DNA of 54,592 bases, filler included, from Streblomastix strix (lineage: Eukaryota): NCBI GenBank assembly GCA_008636045.1. It is 2 parts of 2 records of this genome, joined end to end, with 100 filler letters (N's around TTAATTAATTAA, not from the genome) between each part and the next. Parts side by side here need not be neighbours in the genome. Positions count along the whole stretch, not along the records: positions 27,380 to 54,592 come from SNRW01000148.1; 1 more part is not named here. One strand, 5' to 3'. Positions within the stretch are counted from its first letter, which is position 1, and each line of letters opens with the position of its first letter. A program made the position numbers and the translations under genes. Under the pieces are notes generated by a model. That model worked only from the letters and a program-made list of their open reading frames with translations, had not been told where the DNA came from and ran no database searches. Positions 50,501-54,592 of this stretch are shown in pieces.

Positions 50501-53500
50501 ATATCGATTATGTCTATGAAAATTACATTTTTTATTAGCAATTAGGTTGAATATAGAATTTAAATCATCCACGCTACCATTTCCTCGCCAATGAAATTAA
50601 GCAGGTGTATTAAATGAATTTTTATTCTTCATAATGATATTGCTTATAAATTCCTCTTCAAGGGCAACATCTAATCTGGTGGACATTCGCAAAAAATCTT
50701 CCATTCAAGAAAGAATTCAGTTAGTAATCTTATAATCTTTTTCTGTTTCAATAAATCTGGCCTTTTTACCAAAATTTTTCCCTTTAAATATTGCTGAAAC
50801 ATCTTACATTGGAGTTGGTGTGAAGTTCTTACATGAGCCGAGATCAAGAATAATATACACATCTTCAATTTTATCAGATTCAGAATTATAATGAATTTTA
50901 TCTAATAACTTATGTTGTTTTTAATATAAATTTTTATCTTATTATTAATGTTCATGTTTGTCTATTGATTTTTATTATCTCTAATCTTATTTAATTTTTA
51001 TATTTTTTCTTTTTATCAATTCTGGTTCAGCAATCAACAATTAATCATTTTTGAATTTATTTGGTTATATATCTCTATAGATCTCCGAAAGTAACTAAGT
51101 GAATATTCCAGGATAAAATTCTCCAAAATTCATTTTTTCTTTTAAATAATTTGATATTTCATTATCTTCCTCTTAATTGTTATCATTTTATTCGTTTTAT
51201 TTATTCAATATAACACTACTAGATGTTTCATAATTTAAAATTATTTAATTAAAAATTGTTTTGTTATCTTGTTTTATTGTATTTTTCTTCTCATCTATTT
51301 AATTTGTAACAAAAGATTAATTCGTAGTATTCTATAAAGCAGATGTTAACTATTATTATTATTTAAGAAATTGCTTGACAAAATTGTTTTTTGGACCCAT
51401 CGGATTATTTGCTTCACCAGTTAAATTTTGATGGATAGATGCAAATGTTCCAAAGAATTGTGAAAGGTTTATAGCTGCAGGATTTAAATGAATCACACGA
51501 GTTGGAGTTCCACATTCACTCCGAGCGAGAGCCAGCAATGATATCAAAGTTGACTTTCCACATCCAGCTGGTCCCACTATAGCAACTGGACTAATTGGAT
51601 TAATATGTCCAATTTATATATCTCCACACCATCGAGAAGGTGATAAAAGTTCATGTAACTCCAAAGCTTTTTCTACCATTGTTGAAACAATTCCAGTATG
51701 TTTATTAAATCTGTTTATTGATTCAAATAATTTTTTCGAAAAAGACTTGGAATAATCATCATTTCCAACCTATACCAAAATATCTGACTCTAAACATGAG
51801 TTATCTTTTTCTTTAGATAAAATAGTTTAATGCTCACTATCTACTAGAGGTTTAAATGTAGTATCTGTTAATATAATTTATTTATTTTCTCATGAGAAAT
51901 TCGTAGATAAAGTTGATGATTATGCTTTTGTTTAAGAAATAATTGTTTGATTTAATGAAACTAATGGGTGATCAGTCTTTTTACTAATAGAATCATTATC
52001 ATTAAATAAATTACGAGTTAATCTTTAATTATTGTCATTGATATCAATCATATTCATATCAAGAGAAAACTTTTTATTATTATCTCTTTAATTATTAACA
52101 CTTTGAGACTATGATTTAATATTATTTAGAGCCATAATTATTTCAAATTCTTGAAATCTTGAGATATTTTTTAGATTGCTAAACTGACAAAGTTAATGTG
52201 CGCTCTATTCAATAAGAGAATTGAGAAATGAAGCTTTGTGTAGGATTCCTATTTAATTTTCATTAAATGTCAGTTGCGAACTTGTAATTTTTTTCAAATT
52301 TGAAAAAAGTCAAGCTATATAAGTTATTTCTTATTTCACAAACTTGTCAAAGTAATAATCTTCAAATTGCAAAGATTCTTTGCCTTTCCCATTAATGAAT
52401 TCTTCACTTATTTCCTTTTCATTTTCTGATATGGTATTTTGCTTGAACAATTCTTTCAAACTAATTTCATATGCTCTGTTATATTTAAGAAAACTATTCA
52501 TTACTGCAGGTCCAGATTCTGGAAATATATTAGTTATCAAAATACCAAACAATTATTTTTCTGATGGAATAAGATAACTTTTCATTTATTTAAGCAAACA
52601 ATTGCATATGGCTGTGCTTTCAATCAAAAAAAGCAACTTTTCCTACTTAAGAGTATATTTCATTTGATTTAGTATATCGTTATGTACATTTCCAGATTTA
52701 TTCAAAATATTCTAGGTAATAACATAAGGTTCGGAATTTTACCCTTAAAAATATGTATTATAATTCAAACTTTCAATTTCATCATAATAAAACATCCTCT
52801 ATTATATCCATTTCAGGATTGGGTTTTAAAATAATAATAATGAGTTTTAAAGCAATTCTGTTGTTTTAGGTTTAAAATATCGATTTATGGAGTAAATAAA
52901 ATATGTTCATGCTAGTAGTCCTACCGAATTTATAATACTGCGGATCTGCCCGTCATGACTTTATGTCAAAATAGCAAAATTATCAAGTAATGACATAACC
53001 CGTTTTGCAAGAATTTATGAATAATAGAATCCGTTCAGTAAAAGAGATACTTAAAGATCATATTGAGCCACTGGTGGTTATATGGTCAAATTCCTAAATC
53101 TTTGTCTTAAAGAAACAGGTATGTCTTCTGTGCATAGCTTTGCATCAGTTAAAATGAAAAAATGAAATCCAGATATAATACTGGTGCTGATATTTTCAGC
53201 TAAATGGCATCTGGAGAGTCCACTGTATTATGCAATAGCAATTTTGTCTATAAGTTTTCCAACCCAATTTAATAATGAATGGCTCATTCTAAATGCTCCT
53301 TTTAAGCACCCCCATGTTCCACTGCCAGCAATACCTTGAATATAAGGTATCAATGTGTAGAGAGGATGTGATTCTTCAGTTATGTCAAGAACAAATATAG
53401 TTCTTCCACAATAATTTGCCATCTCTCGCACACGGTCAAGCTGAACTGCTTTTGATTAACTTTATAACATTGTAAATACAGATATTTGCTGTAGCTAGTT

Positions 53501-54592
53501 TGAATTAAGATCATTTGATTATACTGATGAAAAGTTAGATGCTATATTTTTAGCCATTTCATTCCAAATTTCTGTCGATGCAAGTTAGTAATAATCAAGA
53601 TGAGATATTTCTCCTTATGCTTTTGTTATTTGGTGTGATGGAATTGGAGCTGGAAAGAAAGTGCTCAATGTTGACAATGATACAGATAAATAATCATATC
53701 CATATGGTATTCATATATTTCCAAATATAACATGTGTATCCTATGTAGATTAGGATTCTGCTTCATCATATCAATTAATTTTTATTCTGTTTCCTTATAT
53801 AAAATCATTCCAATTTTAGTCTTAATATCCATTTTTATCATATAATGATGAATTATTATTATTATTTTTTAGATTTGATTTCATTTAATCAGATTATTGA
53901 AGTTAAAATTTACGAATTGCATTTATTAAAGGCTAGTACATTTCTAAAATATATTATTTTGCGTATTGATTACCAGGAATATAAAATGTTGGTACGTACG
54001 TTGTGAAAAGGCCAAGGCTAGAAGTTAATTGCAATTATCAGAATTATTTAATAAGGTTTAATTGCGATAATCCTCGAATAATATTTAGAGAGGGTAATAG
54101 GGCAAGGATTCCATGTTCTGCTTTTATTCGCATTAGAATATTATCTGAACTTTCAATTATTGCTATTTGTAGCGAATTTAAAAGATGCAAAATTTCATCG
54201 TTCAATCCTTTTATTTCAAATGCAAGATCTGAGATATATTTACTTATTCTATTTCCTCTATCAAGAATCTCAGACATATTATTATAATGTACTTTATTAT
54301 TGTATAATATTTATAGATTATTTATTTCATACTATTAAATAAATCTTTTCTTGTTCCAATCTTCTTCTTCTTCCATCTCTGCAATAACAGCCAAATGATC
54401 AAGAATAATATTTGATTCCATGTTCCAATGTGCTGCAATTGTAAAGAAAACACCTTGAGAAATTGACGATCTCAGAAATGAATGACAATTAGGATGTTAA
54501 TTACGAACACAGGAAAAACAATAGAATTAATGTCTATACATATAATGTAGGTCATTTAAAATATTACCAGTAAATAAATGGAAACTGCAGTT
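35596..54592 (-). CDS. Highly divergent dynein heavy chain-like protein (motor domain; 5' part beyond the window)
   Basis: Motifs in order: PYGYDYL, GIAGSGTWGC (AAA1), GPAGCGKST and IHLNPAAI (AAA2), LVLPNLKRIILP..RLILE, MWGMGG, LTRHF, LWVRCCRNVFASRL, stalk IEPYFNMPDF, GDSVLSAAY, EGLPPDEQS, PLIFIDP, IKPGFRLIF (AAA5), VSGIHMNGFAWD, RSGCFLF. One intron at 46294-46370; 12 in-frame TGAs; terminal TGA 35596-35598. Confidence 0.9.
41828..42181. other. Assembly gap (N 41955-42054) with duplicated flanks
   Basis: 41828-41954 is repeated at 42055-42181; collapsing the two copies restores a continuous dynein frame. Confidence 0.9.

Noticed and set aside
50671..50868. ORF ending LEWKIFCECPPD as the true dynein frame, which would avoid two TGAs
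   Set aside because: It needs two compensating frameshifts. The continuous frame gives VYIILDLG...[W]MEDF and joins both flanks.
43275..54040. TGA as selenocysteine
   Set aside because: Contexts are not Cys or redox motifs, two align with Trp, and no SECIS-like structure is evident in the short AT-rich 3' region.
1..54592. Most ORFs in the supplied standard-code track
   Set aside because: They are fragments between TAA/TAG (Gln) codons or antisense shadows of real genes, e.g. 1278-1592, 13262-13567, 30794-31342, 42601-42924.
35596..54592. Dynein as a simple pseudogene
   Set aside because: Twelve nonsense changes with no indel frameshift over ~19 kb of homopolymer-rich DNA is unlikely when nearby dead viral genes are frameshifted within 1-2 kb. 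Not formally excluded.

Overview
AT-rich eukaryotic (protist) nuclear DNA with GT-AG introns and a non-standard genetic code, so the supplied standard-code ORF track is mostly fragments or antisense noise. TAA/TAG read as Gln (e.g. GH3 motifs KHFAVNN[TAA]E and RI[TAA]GGGSS). Code, intron style and gene families suggest an oxymonad such as Streblomastix (inference). Main finding: TGA appears to be both Trp and stop. The ~19 kb dynein heavy chain gene has 12 in-frame TGAs by hand scan, two at or near conserved dynein Trp positions, and no frameshift apart from an assembly-gap offset. Every gene whose end I could place still ends at TGA. Layout: (1) an intronless GH3 beta-glucosidase inside a ~750 bp inverted duplication with a tRNA-Lys(CTT) in each arm; (2) an SH3 + tandem NEK-like kinase; (3) a ~17 kb nest of mobile DNA: two pogo-type MITEs, a pogo transposase fragment, a decaying Polinton/adintovirus-like endogenous virus (split pPolB, integrase, packaging ATPase, KilA-N, putative minor and major capsid, fibre proteins) and a Sola-like transposase; (4) two multi-exon hypothetical genes; (5) a very divergent dynein heavy chain with a degenerate AAA1 site, running off the right edge.
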